Shown piece after piece: positions 17,362-26,459 of a DNA stretch of 52,545 nucleotides; the first letter of the stretch is position 1; each line of letters starts with the position of its first letter. The notes under the pieces were generated by a model. That model was not told the origin of the DNA. It worked only from the letters and a program-made list of their open reading frames with translations, and made no database searches. The stretch spans positions 1-52,545 of the forward strand of contig JANYII010000229.1 of assembly GCA_025358705.1 (NCBI GenBank), given 5' to 3'. This stretch comes from Betaproteobacteria bacterium. GTDB taxonomy: Bacteria > Pseudomonadota > Gammaproteobacteria > Burkholderiales > SG8-39. The position numbers were made by a program, and so were the translations under genes.

Positions 17362-19478
17362 TTCGGCCGGGTGTAATCGAAGATCGAGGGCTCGCTGGTC
17401 GAGCCCGCCATGTCGATCACGCGGCAGTCGCCGCACATCTGCAGGCGCTTGAGCGCGCCGCCGCCGGCGAACATTGAATGCGCCGCCAGCTTGCCGGTCA
17501 TGTTCTCGATCATGCGCCGGGTGCCGAAAGGCTTACCGCAGCTGACGCAGTTGAACGGGTCGGCCTCGTTGAGTGTTGCAGGTTGCTTTGCTTTTTCTTC
17601 AAAAGACAATCTTGGAACAAGAGCAATTGCGCTTTCTGGGCATGTCTTCTCGCACAGGCCGCACTGCACGCAGTTTCGCTCGATGAAGCGCAGCACCGGC
17701 GCTTCCGGGGAATCGAGCAACGCTGCTTCCGGACAGGCGCTGATGCAGGCCTTGCACAGCGTGCAGGTCTCCTTGTTGACCGTGATTGCCCCGAAGGGAG
17801 CACCCGCCGGGAGAGCCAGTTCCTGTTTTTTGTTTTCAGAGTCTTTAAGCAGAAAATCGAATGAGAAATCCAGCGAGGTCCGCTTCTCGGTCGACAGATT
17901 GAACGTCGCCGCCTTCTTCACCGTCTTTGCCGGCACCAGGTCCCAGAGATTCTTCTCCAGTTTCGCGCCATCGATAACCAGGAAATGCGCGCCCGTATAG
18001 CCAAGGCCCTGCAGGATCGCCTCGGCGAACGACATCTGCTTTTTCAGGGCAGCGATGTAACCCTCCGGCTCGCGGCCAGTCGCCAGTACCGCTACCTGGC
18101 TCGCGCCGTAGCACACCGCGCCAAGCAGCAGGTCGATGCCGATGGAGGCGATGTGGAAGCACTCAAGAGGGATCACGCGCGCCGGCAATCCGCGTCCGGC
18201 ACCCTGCGGCGAGAGCCCACGCGCACCGAAGCCGGCGCGCTTGCCGACCGAGCGGACCGCGTCGCGGCCTGATTCGACATCGTGCAGCAGCACGCAGGCG
18301 TCCTTGCCGCCCGCTTCTCGGTACACGGACAGCAGGGTTTTCAGCCGCGCGCCCAGGTCCGGCACTGGCGGGTAGACGTAGCTCATCGCGCCTGACGGGC
18401 AGACCGTCGCGCAACCGCCGCAGCCTGCGCAAAGGTGCGGCTCGACCCGCACGTGGTCGCCGTCGGCGCTGATGGCGCCCGTGGAACAGACGTCGATGCA
18501 TTGCGTGCAGCCGGTCTTGCCCGAGCGGCCGTGCGCGCAGATGCGTTCCCGGTACTGCGTGAAGCGAGGCTTGCTGAACTCGCCGACCAGCGCCGTGAGC
18601 TTCTGCGCCGCCAGCGCCTGCTCGAGCGGCTCGGCGCCCGGCGCGGCGTAACCCTGCGGCAGGTCCGGCACGCGGATGAGTGGCTGGCGCGACAAATCGA
18701 GCACCAGGTCGAAGCGTTCCTTGCGCGGCGGAGCCTGGCGCGCGAAATCGATCGCGTTCACCGGGCCGCAGGCCTTGACGCACTCGCGGTGCGCCTTGCA
18801 CTTGTCCAGGTCGATCTGGTAGCTGAAATCGATCGCGCCTTCCGGGCAGGCGCGCAGGCAGGCGTTGCAACGGGTGCACAGGTCGAGGTCGATCGGGTTG
18901 TCCTGCATCCATTCCACTTCAAACGCACCCAGCCAGCCGGAGATCGACGTGACTTTGCCCGACCACACCGGGAAGCTGCGCTCGCCGGGCTGCTCGCCCG
19001 AGCCCTTGCCCGTCAGCAGGACGCTCACCTCCAGCGAACCCGCGAGCCGCCCGGCCCAGTCGAGCGCCGCGTCCGAAGGGCCGATGATCAGCAACTGGCC
19101 GGACGACTTGTAATCCACTTGCGCGACCGACTCGGGCTCCGGCAGCGCGGCCCCCGCGAGCAGCGCCGCCATCTTCGGCCCGGCGCCCCTGCCCTCGACC
19201 GACCAGCCGGCCAGTTCGCGGATGTTGACGAAGGAAATCCGCGCCTGCGACTGCGCCGCCGACGCAAGTTCGGAAAACAGCGGCGCTTCCTGCGTGCAGG
19301 CGACGATCAGGTCGGGATCAGCCAGTGCGGCCTGGAACGCGCCCGCCTCCTTGCGGCACAGCTCGCGATGCACCATGACTGGCTGCTGCAACTTCAGCGC
19401 CTCACCGAGGCGCTTGGCGTCGATGGGGAGCGTGCCGTTGCAGGAACAGAGCTTAAGCGTCTTGCTTGCCAGCGACAT
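17358..19478 (-). CDS. Large multi-cluster 4Fe-4S ferredoxin-domain protein (FDH-associated, function unknown)
   Basis: 706 aa. At least six ferredoxin-type motifs (CTRCNACLRACP, CKAHRECVKACG, CTQCIDVCSTG, CAGCGGCATVCP, CTLCKACISACP, CVQCGLCEKTCP) plus a C-terminal CVSCG...CGDC pair. No signal peptide or TM segment. Confidence 0.8.
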   Translation of the reverse strand: MSLASKTLKLCSCNGTLPIDAKRLGEALKLQQPVMVHRELCRKEAGAFQAALADPDLIVACTQEAPLFSELASAAQSQARISFVNIRELAGWSVEGRGAGPKMAALLAGAALPEPESVAQVDYKSSGQLLIIGPSDAALDWAGRLAGSLEVSVLLTGKGSGEQPGERSFPVWSGKVTSISGWLGAFEVEWMQDNPIDLDLCTRCNACLRACPEGAIDFSYQIDLDKCKAHRECVKACGPVNAIDFARQAPPRKERFDLVLDLSRQPLIRVPDLPQGYAAPGAEPLEQALAAQKLTALVGEFSKPRFTQYRERICAHGRSGKTGCTQCIDVCSTGAISADGDHVRVEPHLCAGCGGCATVCPSGAMSYVYPPVPDLGARLKTLLSVYREAGGKDACVLLHDVESGRDAVRSVGKRAGFGARGLSPQGAGRGLPARVIPLECFHIASIGIDLLLGAVCYGASQVAVLATGREPEGYIAALKKQMSFAEAILQGLGYTGAHFLVIDGAKLEKNLWDLVPAKTVKKAATFNLSTEKRTSLDFSFDFLLKDSENKKQELALPAGAPFGAITVNKETCTLCKACISACPEAALLDSPEAPVLRFIERNCVQCGLCEKTCPESAIALVPRLSFEEKAKQPATLNEADPFNCVSCGKPFGTRRMIENMTGKLAAHSMFAGGGALKRLQMCGDCRVIDMAGSTSEPSIFDYTRPK

Positions 19479-19905
19479 CTTCCGGTTCTTGCTTTGGCAT
19501 CTCGGCTTTTTCCGCCTGATTGGATTGTTCCGCCTCTTCGGCCAGGCGCTCTTCCTCGGCCACCTTCTCAGGGCCCTTCACCGCCACGTCGCGCACGCGG
19601 TTGATCGCCTTCAGCATCTCCAGCGGAATCGGCTCGCTCTGCGTGTAATCCTCGGAATACGCTTCGAAGGGATCCGGAATGTTGTAGTGCGCGTCGGCAA
19701 ACAGTTTCTTCAAGGCATCCCGGCGCGTTCCGGGGTCCACCTTCGGATTCATGAAGGGCGTGAAATCCGAATCGGGATTGAGTTCTTCCACAGGCTGCAA
19801 CGGAGGCATCGATTCTTCCTTTGCCTCTGGAACGACAGGTTTTTCCTCAGGCTGCTGTTTCAGCCGCGACCAACGATCAAGAAACGCCTCTTTTTCCTGC
19901 GTCAT
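19453..19905 (-). CDS. DUF3306-like acidic protein
   Basis: Track ORF 19453..20124 trimmed to ATG 19905 (ATGA overlap with the DUF3305 stop). MTQEKEAFLDRWSRLK...DFTPFM...RRDALKKLF matches my memory of DUF3306. It overlaps the start of the Fe-S gene by 26 nt. Confidence 0.6.
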   Translation of the reverse strand: MTQEKEAFLDRWSRLKQQPEEKPVVPEAKEESMPPLQPVEELNPDSDFTPFMNPKVDPGTRRDALKKLFADAHYNIPDPFEAYSEDYTQSEPIPLEMLKAINRVRDVAVKGPEKVAEEERLAEEAEQSNQAEKAEMPKQEPEDVAGKQDA

Positions 19906-20378
19906 CGTTCGACCCGGTCCTTGGGATGGACGAAAGAGCGCGGCTTGATGCGCTTCTTCGGTTCGGGCCGGTAGTTCTTCTCCACGTATTCGCCGATCCA
20001 GCCGAAGATCGCAGGCGGCATGGTCACGCTGTCCACCGAGTGCCCGCCGTCCATCCAGCGCCCGCCTTCGTCGTAGCTCGCAGTAACCTGAAGAGGCAGG
20101 CCCTGCTCGCCCTCCATGCGCCACAACACGAACACGCGCGGCGATTCGGAGGAGACGTTCATGTAGTAGCCCTCGATCTCGTCACGGTGAATGGCGAGCT
20201 CGAAACCAGGATGCAGCCATTGCTCATAATCGTCCTGCTGCATGAGCAGGCGCGCGGCGCCCGGCGGCTCTTCGGATTCGAGCACCGATACCGGCTCCCA
20301 GATCACACTCTCCCAGCGGCTGCGTGCGATGCGCCGCTGCATGACGACCGCGAGCGTTTTGGGGGCCTTTTCCATCAT
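19902..20378 (-). CDS. DUF3305-like protein
   Basis: 158 aa and first gene of the accessory block. Assigned to DUF3305 from memory of its usual pairing with DUF3306 next to molybdoenzyme/FDH genes. Confidence 0.55.
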   Translation of the reverse strand: MMEKAPKTLAVVMQRRIARSRWESVIWEPVSVLESEEPPGAARLLMQQDDYEQWLHPGFELAIHRDEIEGYYMNVSSESPRVFVLWRMEGEQGLPLQVTASYDEGGRWMDGGHSVDSVTMPPAIFGWIGEYVEKNYRPEPKKRIKPRSFVHPKDRVER

Positions 20379-20454
20379 GTGAACGGGGTTTCCTATCCGG
20401 GACGAACTATACTGCTATATGATCGTCAGAGCCCTCTGAAGTGCCAATAAACCC

Positions 20455-21528
20455 ATGCCGCAAAAGGTGATTTCGATCCGGCCACAGTCCCGCATGCCAG
20501 GGACGAAGGCGCCGCGGTACGACGGCTCGCAGCTGGCGGACACGCGCGGACGGCCGATGCGCGACCTGCGCATTTCGGTCACCGATCGCTGCAATTTCCG
20601 CTGCACCTACTGCATGCCGCGCGAGGTATTCGACGCGGATTACAAATTCCTGCCGCACGAGGCGATCCTGAGCTTCGAGGAAATCGCGCGCCTCGCCGGC
20701 ATCTTCATCGGCCTGGGCGTGAAGAAGATCCGCCTTACCGGCGGCGAGCCGCTGCTGCGCAAGGGCCTGCCCGATCTGGTGGCGATGCTCGCTCCGCTGG
20801 GCGCGGACCTGACGCTCACCACCAACGGTTCGACACTGGTGAAGCACGCGCAGGCGCTGAAGGACGCGGGCCTGGATCGCCTCACGGTAAGCCTCGATTC
20901 GCTCGATGAGGCCACCTTCCGCGCCATGAACGACGCCGACTTTCCGGTCGAGAAAGTGCTGGATGGCATCGCCGCCGCGGCCGATTCCGGCTTTTCGCCG
21001 GTCAAGATCAACATGGTGGTGAAGCGCGGCGTGAACGACCAGCAGATCGTCGAGGCGGCCCGGCACTGGCGCGATTCGGGCCACATCCTGCGCTTCATCG
21101 AATTCATGGACGTCGGCAGCACCAACGGCTGGCGCATGGACGACGTGATTCCGTCGGCGGAGGTCGTGCGGCGGATTTCCGAAGCCTTCCCGCTCGAGCC
21201 GGTCGAAGCGAACTATGCCGGTGAAGTGGCCGGGCGCTGGCGCTACAAGGACGGCGCCGGCGAGATCGGCGTCATCTCCTCCGTCACGCAGGCCTTCTGC
21301 GCCGACTGCAACCGCATGCGCCTCTCGACCGAAGGCTCGCTCTATACCTGCCTGTTCGCCCAGCAGGGCCACGACCTGAAATCGCTGCTGCGCGGCGGCG
21401 CCGATGACGATGCGATCCGCGATTCCATCGCTGCCGTCTGGCGCCTGCGCGACGACCGCTACTCGGAACTGCGCACTGCCGAGACGGCGAAGAAGCCCAA
21501 AGTGGAAATGTCCTACATCGGTGGCTAA
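20455..21528 (+). CDS. moaA: GTP 3',8-cyclase (molybdenum cofactor biosynthesis protein A)
   Basis: 357 aa. Radical-SAM motif [19 protein letters not shown]-terminal cluster motif [15 protein letters not shown]-terminal ...YIGG. Divergent from the FDH accessory block across a 76-nt spacer. Confidence 0.92.
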   Translation: MPQKVISIRPQSRMPGTKAPRYDGSQLADTRGRPMRDLRISVTDRCNFRCTYCMPREVFDADYKFLPHEAILSFEEIARLAGIFIGLGVKKIRLTGGEPLLRKGLPDLVAMLAPLGADLTLTTNGSTLVKHAQALKDAGLDRLTVSLDSLDEATFRAMNDADFPVEKVLDGIAAAADSGFSPVKINMVVKRGVNDQQIVEAARHWRDSGHILRFIEFMDVGSTNGWRMDDVIPSAEVVRRISEAFPLEPVEANYAGEVAGRWRYKDGAGEIGVISSVTQAFCADCNRMRLSTEGSLYTCLFAQQGHDLKSLLRGGADDDAIRDSIAAVWRLRDDRYSELRTAETAKKPKVEMSYIGG

Positions 21529-22363
21529 GCCCTACCGCCCCAAACTCACCAACGCCGCCCGGCCCGCGACCTTCGAGGTCGAGGCCGTCAACGAGCGCGG
21601 CGAGATGGTGCCGACCTCGATTGCGGGCGAGCATCCGCTGACGCTGTACCTCGACAAGCGGGAGCTGGTGACGCTGATGACGCTCGGCCATGCGCCGGAG
21701 GCGCTGGCGGTCGGCTTCCTGCGCAACCAGCGGCTGGTCGCGGGCATCGAGGACATCGAAGCGGTACAGGTGGACTGGGAAACGGATTCCGTAGCGGTGA
21801 CCACAAACCGGGTTTTTAAGGGCGTTGAAGAGAAACTGCAAAAGAAAACGGTCACCACCGGTTGCGGCCAGGGCACGGTCTACGGCGACCTGATGGAGGA
21901 GATCGACAGCATCAAGCTGCGCGACGATGTGAAGCTCGCGGACACCGACCTGTTCGTGCTGCTGGAGAAGGTGCGCAAGCACGAAACCATCTACAAGCAG
22001 TCGGGCGCCGTGCATGGCTGCGCGCTGGCGACCCTCGACGGCGAAATCCTGATGTTCGTGGAAGACGTCGGCCGCCACAACGCGGTGGACGCGATCGCCG
22101 GTTTCATGTGGCTTGACGCAATCGACGGCTCGGACAAGCTGTTCTACACCACCGGCAGGCTGACCTCGGAAATGGTGACCAAGTGCGCGCAGATGCGCAT
22201 CCCGTTCCTGGTCTCGCGTTCGGGCCTGACCAAGATGGGCCACGACATCGCGGGCCAGGTCGGCCTGACGATGCTCGGGCGCGCGAGCGGCCGCCACTAC
22301 CTGGCGTTCACCGGCAAGCACCGCCTGCAACGCACTGCGACGCAGCCGACCGCGATCGCCTGA
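21521..22363 (+). CDS. fdhD: Formate dehydrogenase accessory sulfurtransferase FdhD
   Basis: Track ORF 21404..22363 trimmed to GTG 21521 (8-nt overlap with the moaA end). Motifs [34 protein letters not shown] (active Cys loop), [17 protein letters not shown]. The start is uncertain. The next in-frame start candidate I can see is an ATG near 21605. Confidence 0.85.
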   Translation: MAKPYRPKLTNAARPATFEVEAVNERGEMVPTSIAGEHPLTLYLDKRELVTLMTLGHAPEALAVGFLRNQRLVAGIEDIEAVQVDWETDSVAVTTNRVFKGVEEKLQKKTVTTGCGQGTVYGDLMEEIDSIKLRDDVKLADTDLFVLLEKVRKHETIYKQSGAVHGCALATLDGEILMFVEDVGRHNAVDAIAGFMWLDAIDGSDKLFYTTGRLTSEMVTKCAQMRIPFLVSRSGLTKMGHDIAGQVGLTMLGRASGRHYLAFTGKHRLQRTATQPTAIA

Positions 22364-23278
22364 ATGCTGCCCCAGCTGCCAGCCTCCCAGGCTGCCGCCG
22401 CTCCCTGCGAGAGCGTGGCCGACTGGTGGCCGCGCCACCGCGCCATCGCGCGCGATCACGCCGATCCCATCCACCAGGCCATCGTCGGCGGCTTTGTCGC
22501 CGACCGAGTCGGCTGGGCGTTCGCTTCCGGCTACCAGGCCGCGCTGCACGCCCTCTTCCCGGATGCGCCCGCCGACCGCATCTGCGCGCTCTGCGTGACC
22601 GAAGCCGACGGCAACAGTCCGAAAGCCATCAAGAGTTCGTTACGGCAAACCGGCGACGACTGGGTGCTCAACGGGTCGAAGCGCTGGACGACGCTCGGGC
22701 CGGAAGGCGCGCTTTTCTTCGTCGCTGCGCGCGACGAAGCCGCGTCGGCAGCCCGGGTCAGGATACGGATTGCAAAAGTTGATTCAAAAGCCGAAGGACT
22801 GAAGATAGAGAGCATGCCGGCGACGAAATTCGTGCCCGAAGTTCCGCATGCGCGGCTTCGATTCGAAAACCTGAAGGTAGAAGAAGCCGAAATCCTGCCG
22901 GGCGACGGCTATGACGAGTACGTGAAGCCGTTCCGCACCGTGGAGGACATCCACGTGCAGGCCGCAGTGCTGTCCTACCTCATGCGCGAGGGCCAGCGGC
23001 TGTCGTGGCCGCAGGACTGGCTCGAGCGGCTGTCCGCGCTCCTCGCCGCTCTTGGAAAACTCTCGGACATGCCCGCCTCGCACGCCGAGACGCATATTGC
23101 GCTTGCCGGCGCGCTTGCGATCGGTGCGGGCCTGATCGGCGAAACCGAGGCATTCTGGCAGGCCGCTGCCGCGGATCCGGCGGCGCTGCGCTGGCGCAGG
23201 GACCGGGAGCTCCTGAAAATTGCCGGTGGCGCGCGCGAGCAGCGCACCAGGCGGGCCTGGGAGCGATTGCGGGCGTAG
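22364..23278 (+). CDS. Acyl-CoA dehydrogenase-family-like protein (short form)
   Basis: 304 aa. WVLNGSKRWTTLG resembles the ACAD middle-domain motif and the C-terminus is helical. The ATG directly follows the fdhD stop (TGAATG). Confidence 0.5.
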   Translation: MLPQLPASQAAAAPCESVADWWPRHRAIARDHADPIHQAIVGGFVADRVGWAFASGYQAALHALFPDAPADRICALCVTEADGNSPKAIKSSLRQTGDDWVLNGSKRWTTLGPEGALFFVAARDEAASAARVRIRIAKVDSKAEGLKIESMPATKFVPEVPHARLRFENLKVEEAEILPGDGYDEYVKPFRTVEDIHVQAAVLSYLMREGQRLSWPQDWLERLSALLAALGKLSDMPASHAETHIALAGALAIGAGLIGETEAFWQAAAADPAALRWRRDRELLKIAGGAREQRTRRAWERLRA

Positions 23279-23357
23279 GCAAATTCCCTACCTGTGGCGG
23301 GGGCCATTCCCCGCGTCACCGCGCGGCGCCACTCAGCTAACGTTACGAGTTCTCCCG

Positions 23358-24122
23358 ATGAAATACTCGCTCTTCCAGGATACGCGCGCCGGCAAGCGTC
23401 CTTACAACGAGGACCGGCTCGGTTGCTGGCAAAACAATAGCGCCCTGCTGCTCGCGGTTGCCGATGGCATGGGCGGCCACGCCCACGGCGAAGTTGCCGC
23501 CCAGATCGCGGTGGACCATTTCGGGCAGGCATTCGCCAACGCGGCAAGGCCGACGCTGGCGGCACCGGAGCAATTTCTCAATGGCGCGGTTCGCCAGGCC
23601 CATGCCCAGATCCTGGAACAGGCACAGCAGCGCAAACTGGGCGATACGCCACGCACTACCGTGGTCGCCTGCCTGGTGCAGGACGGGCGAGCATGGTGGA
23701 CGCACGTTGGCGATTCGCGCTTCTACCTGATCCGCAAGGGCCGCGTCGCCGCGCGCACGCGCGACCACACCTACGTCCAGCAACTTGTCGATTCCGGAAA
23801 AATCAGGGAAGAGGCTGCGGAAAACCATCCGGACCGCAACCGGGTAATGCGCTGCCTGGGCGGCCCGCAGGCGCCGGAAATCGATCCGGCGCAAAGCATG
23901 GTGCTGGAAAAGGACGACGTCCTGCTGCTTTGCTCGGACGGCCTGTGGGGCCCCCTGACCCAGCGCCAGATTCTGATCGGGCTGATCGGCCGGGATCCGG
24001 CGCTGGCGCTGCCCGAACTGATCGCGCTCGCCGAGGCGCGCGCTGGCGCGCAGTGCGACAACATATCGGTAGTCGCCATGCATTGGCAGGAGATAGAATC
24101 GGCAGCAGCATCGCGGGAATGA
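23358..24122 (+). CDS. PP2C-family Ser/Thr protein phosphatase
   Basis: Track ORF 23220..24122 trimmed to ATG 23358. Motifs RPYNEDR, LLAVADGMGGHAHGEVAA, THVGDSRFYL, LLLCSDGLW, DNISVV. Confidence 0.88.
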   Translation: MKYSLFQDTRAGKRPYNEDRLGCWQNNSALLLAVADGMGGHAHGEVAAQIAVDHFGQAFANAARPTLAAPEQFLNGAVRQAHAQILEQAQQRKLGDTPRTTVVACLVQDGRAWWTHVGDSRFYLIRKGRVAARTRDHTYVQQLVDSGKIREEAAENHPDRNRVMRCLGGPQAPEIDPAQSMVLEKDDVLLLCSDGLWGPLTQRQILIGLIGRDPALALPELIALAEARAGAQCDNISVVAMHWQEIESAAASRE

Positions 24123-24138
24123 CGGGGGATAGCGTCGC

Positions 24139-25686
24139 ATGAACGATGTTGGATTGCAGCGCGACAGCCAGGCGCAGGGAGATGTCCCGCCGGCGCCCGG
24201 GCCGCTGCGCATCCTGGCGGTGGAGGATTCGCCGTCCGACTACGAGTACCTGCTGGCGGTGCTGGGCGGCTCGGGCCGGTCCGTGATTTCGCGGCGCGTG
24301 GAGGACGAGCAGAGCATGGCCGCGGCGCTCGCCGACGCCGAATGGGATGCGGTGATATCCGACAACAAGCTGCCGCGCTTCAGCGCCACCGGCGCGCTCG
24401 AAACGCTGCGGCGCTCCGGCAAGGACCTGCCCTTCATCATCGTCTCCGGAACCATCGGCGAAGAAGTCGCGGTGCAGGCGATGCAGGCGGGCGCCGACGA
24501 TTACGTCATGAAAAGCAACCTGCTGCGGCTCATGCCCGCGGTGGAGCGCAGCATCCAGGCGGCCGAGTCGCGCCGCAAGCGGCGCAAGGCGAAACGCAAG
24601 CAGCGCGAAAGTGAGGAACGCCTGCAGGCGGTGGCCTCGAATTTTCCGGGCGTCGTGTTCCAGCTGCGCTACGACCAGCGCCGGCACCGGTTCACATCCG
24701 GCTTTTTCAGCGCAGGCGCCGAACGCCTGATGGGCGTTTCGGCCGAGGAACTCGGCGACGCACCGGAAGTTTTCTTCACCTTCATCGGCGCCTCCGACCG
24801 CGCGAGCCTCGAGCAGGCGGTGAACGCCGGAGCGCGCAACGGCGAGACGATACGCTGGGAAGGCCGCCTCAAGTCGGCGCCCGGCAGCGAGCCGCCGTGG
24901 GTCGAGCTGTGCGCTACCCCCAGGGCGCACAGCGCCGAGAAGGACACGCTGATCTGGGAGGGCGTGATCATCGATGCCACCGCGCGCAAGCGCGCCGAAC
25001 AAAAGCTGATCGAATCGCAGGAGACGCTGCGCGCGGTGACCGTTCACCATGAATCGGAGATCGAGGAAGAGCGCGAGCGCTTCGCGCGCGAGCTGCACGA
25101 CGAAAGCGGCAGCCTCCTTACCGCGCTCAAGATATCGATCGCGAATCTTGCCGGCCGCTGCGAGGCGAATGACGATGTGGCCTCGGCGACGCGCCAGTGC
25201 ACCGAACTCGTCGACGCGGCGGCGCAAAGCGCGCGGCGCATCGCGCTGGCACTGCGCCCTCCGGTGCTCGATTCCGGCATCGTCGAGACTGCCCGCTGGC
25301 AGTCGCGCGAATTCGAGAAGCACACCGGCATTCGCTGCAAGGTCTCGAGCAATGTCGCCGAGTGCGACCCTGGCCGCGCGCAGACCACCGCGCTGTTCCG
25401 CATCCTCCAGGAAGCGCTCACCAATATCGCCAAGCACGCGGGCGCGACCGAAGTCGACATCCAGCTGTTTGCCGATAGCAGCGAAATAACCCTGGAAATC
25501 CGCGACAACGGCAAAGGGTTGCCGGAGAAGCAGACGGCACGCCCTGACGCGTTCGGCCTGCGCGGCATGACGGAGCGGGCGCGGGTGCATGGCGGCTGGG
25601 TCGAATTTTCGAGCCAGCCGGGCAAAGGCACCACGGTGATGGCTGCGGTCCCGCTGGCAGCGGGCGGCGAAGGAACCGCGCAATGA
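24139..25686 (+). CDS. Hybrid sensor kinase: N-terminal REC, PAS, HisKA_3, HATPase_c (NarL/UhpA-partner type)
   Basis: 515 aa. REC (RILAVEDSPSDYE...VISDNKLPRF...VMKS), PAS-like middle region, H-box ERERFARELHDESGS, N/G boxes EALTNIAKHA and DNGKGL...GLRGMTERA. Confidence 0.85.
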   Translation: MNDVGLQRDSQAQGDVPPAPGPLRILAVEDSPSDYEYLLAVLGGSGRSVISRRVEDEQSMAAALADAEWDAVISDNKLPRFSATGALETLRRSGKDLPFIIVSGTIGEEVAVQAMQAGADDYVMKSNLLRLMPAVERSIQAAESRRKRRKAKRKQRESEERLQAVASNFPGVVFQLRYDQRRHRFTSGFFSAGAERLMGVSAEELGDAPEVFFTFIGASDRASLEQAVNAGARNGETIRWEGRLKSAPGSEPPWVELCATPRAHSAEKDTLIWEGVIIDATARKRAEQKLIESQETLRAVTVHHESEIEEERERFARELHDESGSLLTALKISIANLAGRCEANDDVASATRQCTELVDAAAQSARRIALALRPPVLDSGIVETARWQSREFEKHTGIRCKVSSNVAECDPGRAQTTALFRILQEALTNIAKHAGATEVDIQLFADSSEITLEIRDNGKGLPEKQTARPDAFGLRGMTERARVHGGWVEFSSQPGKGTTVMAAVPLAAGGEGTAQ

Positions 25687-26318
25687 TCCGGATCCTGATC
25701 GCGGACGATCATCCGCTGGTGCGCACCGGGCTGCGCCAGATCCTGGCGAAGCACGAGGACATGTCCGTGCTCGGCGAAGCCGAGGACTACAACGGCATCC
25801 TCGCGCATCTGCGCGACACCGAGTTCGACGTGATGCTGCTCGATGTATCGCTGCCGGGTAAGAATGGCATCGAAATCCTGAAATCGCTGCGCGAAATACA
25901 TCCGGCGCTCAAGGTGCTGATCATCAGCACCCATCCCGAGGACCAGTACGGGCTGCGCGCGCTGCGCGCCGGCGCCGCGGGCTACCTGACCAAATCAATC
26001 TCGCTCGAGCACCTGGTCGAGGCAGTGCGGGAAATCGCCAAAGGCCGCCGCTACATCAGCCGGGAACTGGCCTCGCTGCTGGCCGATAGCGTCGGCCGCA
26101 AGGATGCCGACGCGCCGGCGCATGAGTCCCTCTCGGATCGCGAGCTGCAGACACTGAAGCTGATCGCCGCGGGACGCAAGCCGGCGGACATCGCGGCCGA
26201 GCTCGCCCTGAGCCCGAAGACCGTCAGCGTGTACCGCGCGCGCATCCTCGACAAGCTGGGCCTGAAGAGCAACGCGGAACTGGCGCGCTACGCGCAGCGC
26301 CACGGCCTGGTGGACTAG
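25683..26318 (+). CDS. NarL/FixJ-family response regulator (REC + LuxR-type HTH)
   Basis: 211 aa with an ATGA overlap with the kinase stop. IRILIADDHPLVR...VMLLDVSLPG...YLTKS, and HTH LSDRELQTLKLIAAGRKPADIAAELALSPKTVSVYRARILDKLG. Confidence 0.92.
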   Translation: MIRILIADDHPLVRTGLRQILAKHEDMSVLGEAEDYNGILAHLRDTEFDVMLLDVSLPGKNGIEILKSLREIHPALKVLIISTHPEDQYGLRALRAGAAGYLTKSISLEHLVEAVREIAKGRRYISRELASLLADSVGRKDADAPAHESLSDRELQTLKLIAAGRKPADIAAELALSPKTVSVYRARILDKLGLKSNAELARYAQRHGLVD

Positions 26319-26459
26319 CGAAGGGGGATTCCTTACCTGCCGAGCGGCAAATACCCTGCGAGGCCTGACGAACCCTTACAGGCGACTGGCTACCCCTCAG
26401 GTATCATTTTGCACAGCACTTGCAGGTGGTGAAAATTACAACAGGGGGAGGGGCAAAAA

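Noticed and set aside
20379-20454. Moco riboswitch upstream of moaA (also looked upstream of modA at 5440..5512 and of the tup operon)
   Set aside because: The spacers are only 76, 73 and 40 nt, too short for the ~130-nt Moco RNA motif. I could not find its conserved stems by eye. A covariance-model scan (Rfam RF01055) would be decisive.
20407-22549. Minus-strand ORFs 20407..21372 (321 aa) and 21284..22549 (421 aa)
   Set aside because: Both are antisense to moaA and fdhD, whose plus-strand frames carry the radical-SAM CxxxCxxC and FdhD GRHNAVD motifs.
23297-23314. Hairpin GCGGGG-GCCATT-CCCCGC after the ACAD-like gene, as a rho-independent terminator
   Set aside because: A 6-bp GC stem is present but no T-tract follows, so I cannot support it as an intrinsic terminator. 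It may still pause or stabilise the transcript.
23803-25683. Minus-strand 626-aa ORF
   Set aside because: It is antisense to the PP2C 3' end and the hybrid kinase, and has no motifs. The plus-strand frame has the H-, N- and G-boxes.
26334-26397. NarL-type heptamers (TACYYMT) downstream of the NarL-family regulator gene and upstream of the Cache/MCP genes
   Set aside because: Only one exact match (TACCCCT, 26391..26397). The other TACC-containing heptamers (26334, 26352) deviate, and there is no 7-2-7 arrangement. This is not distinguishable from chance in GC-rich DNA.
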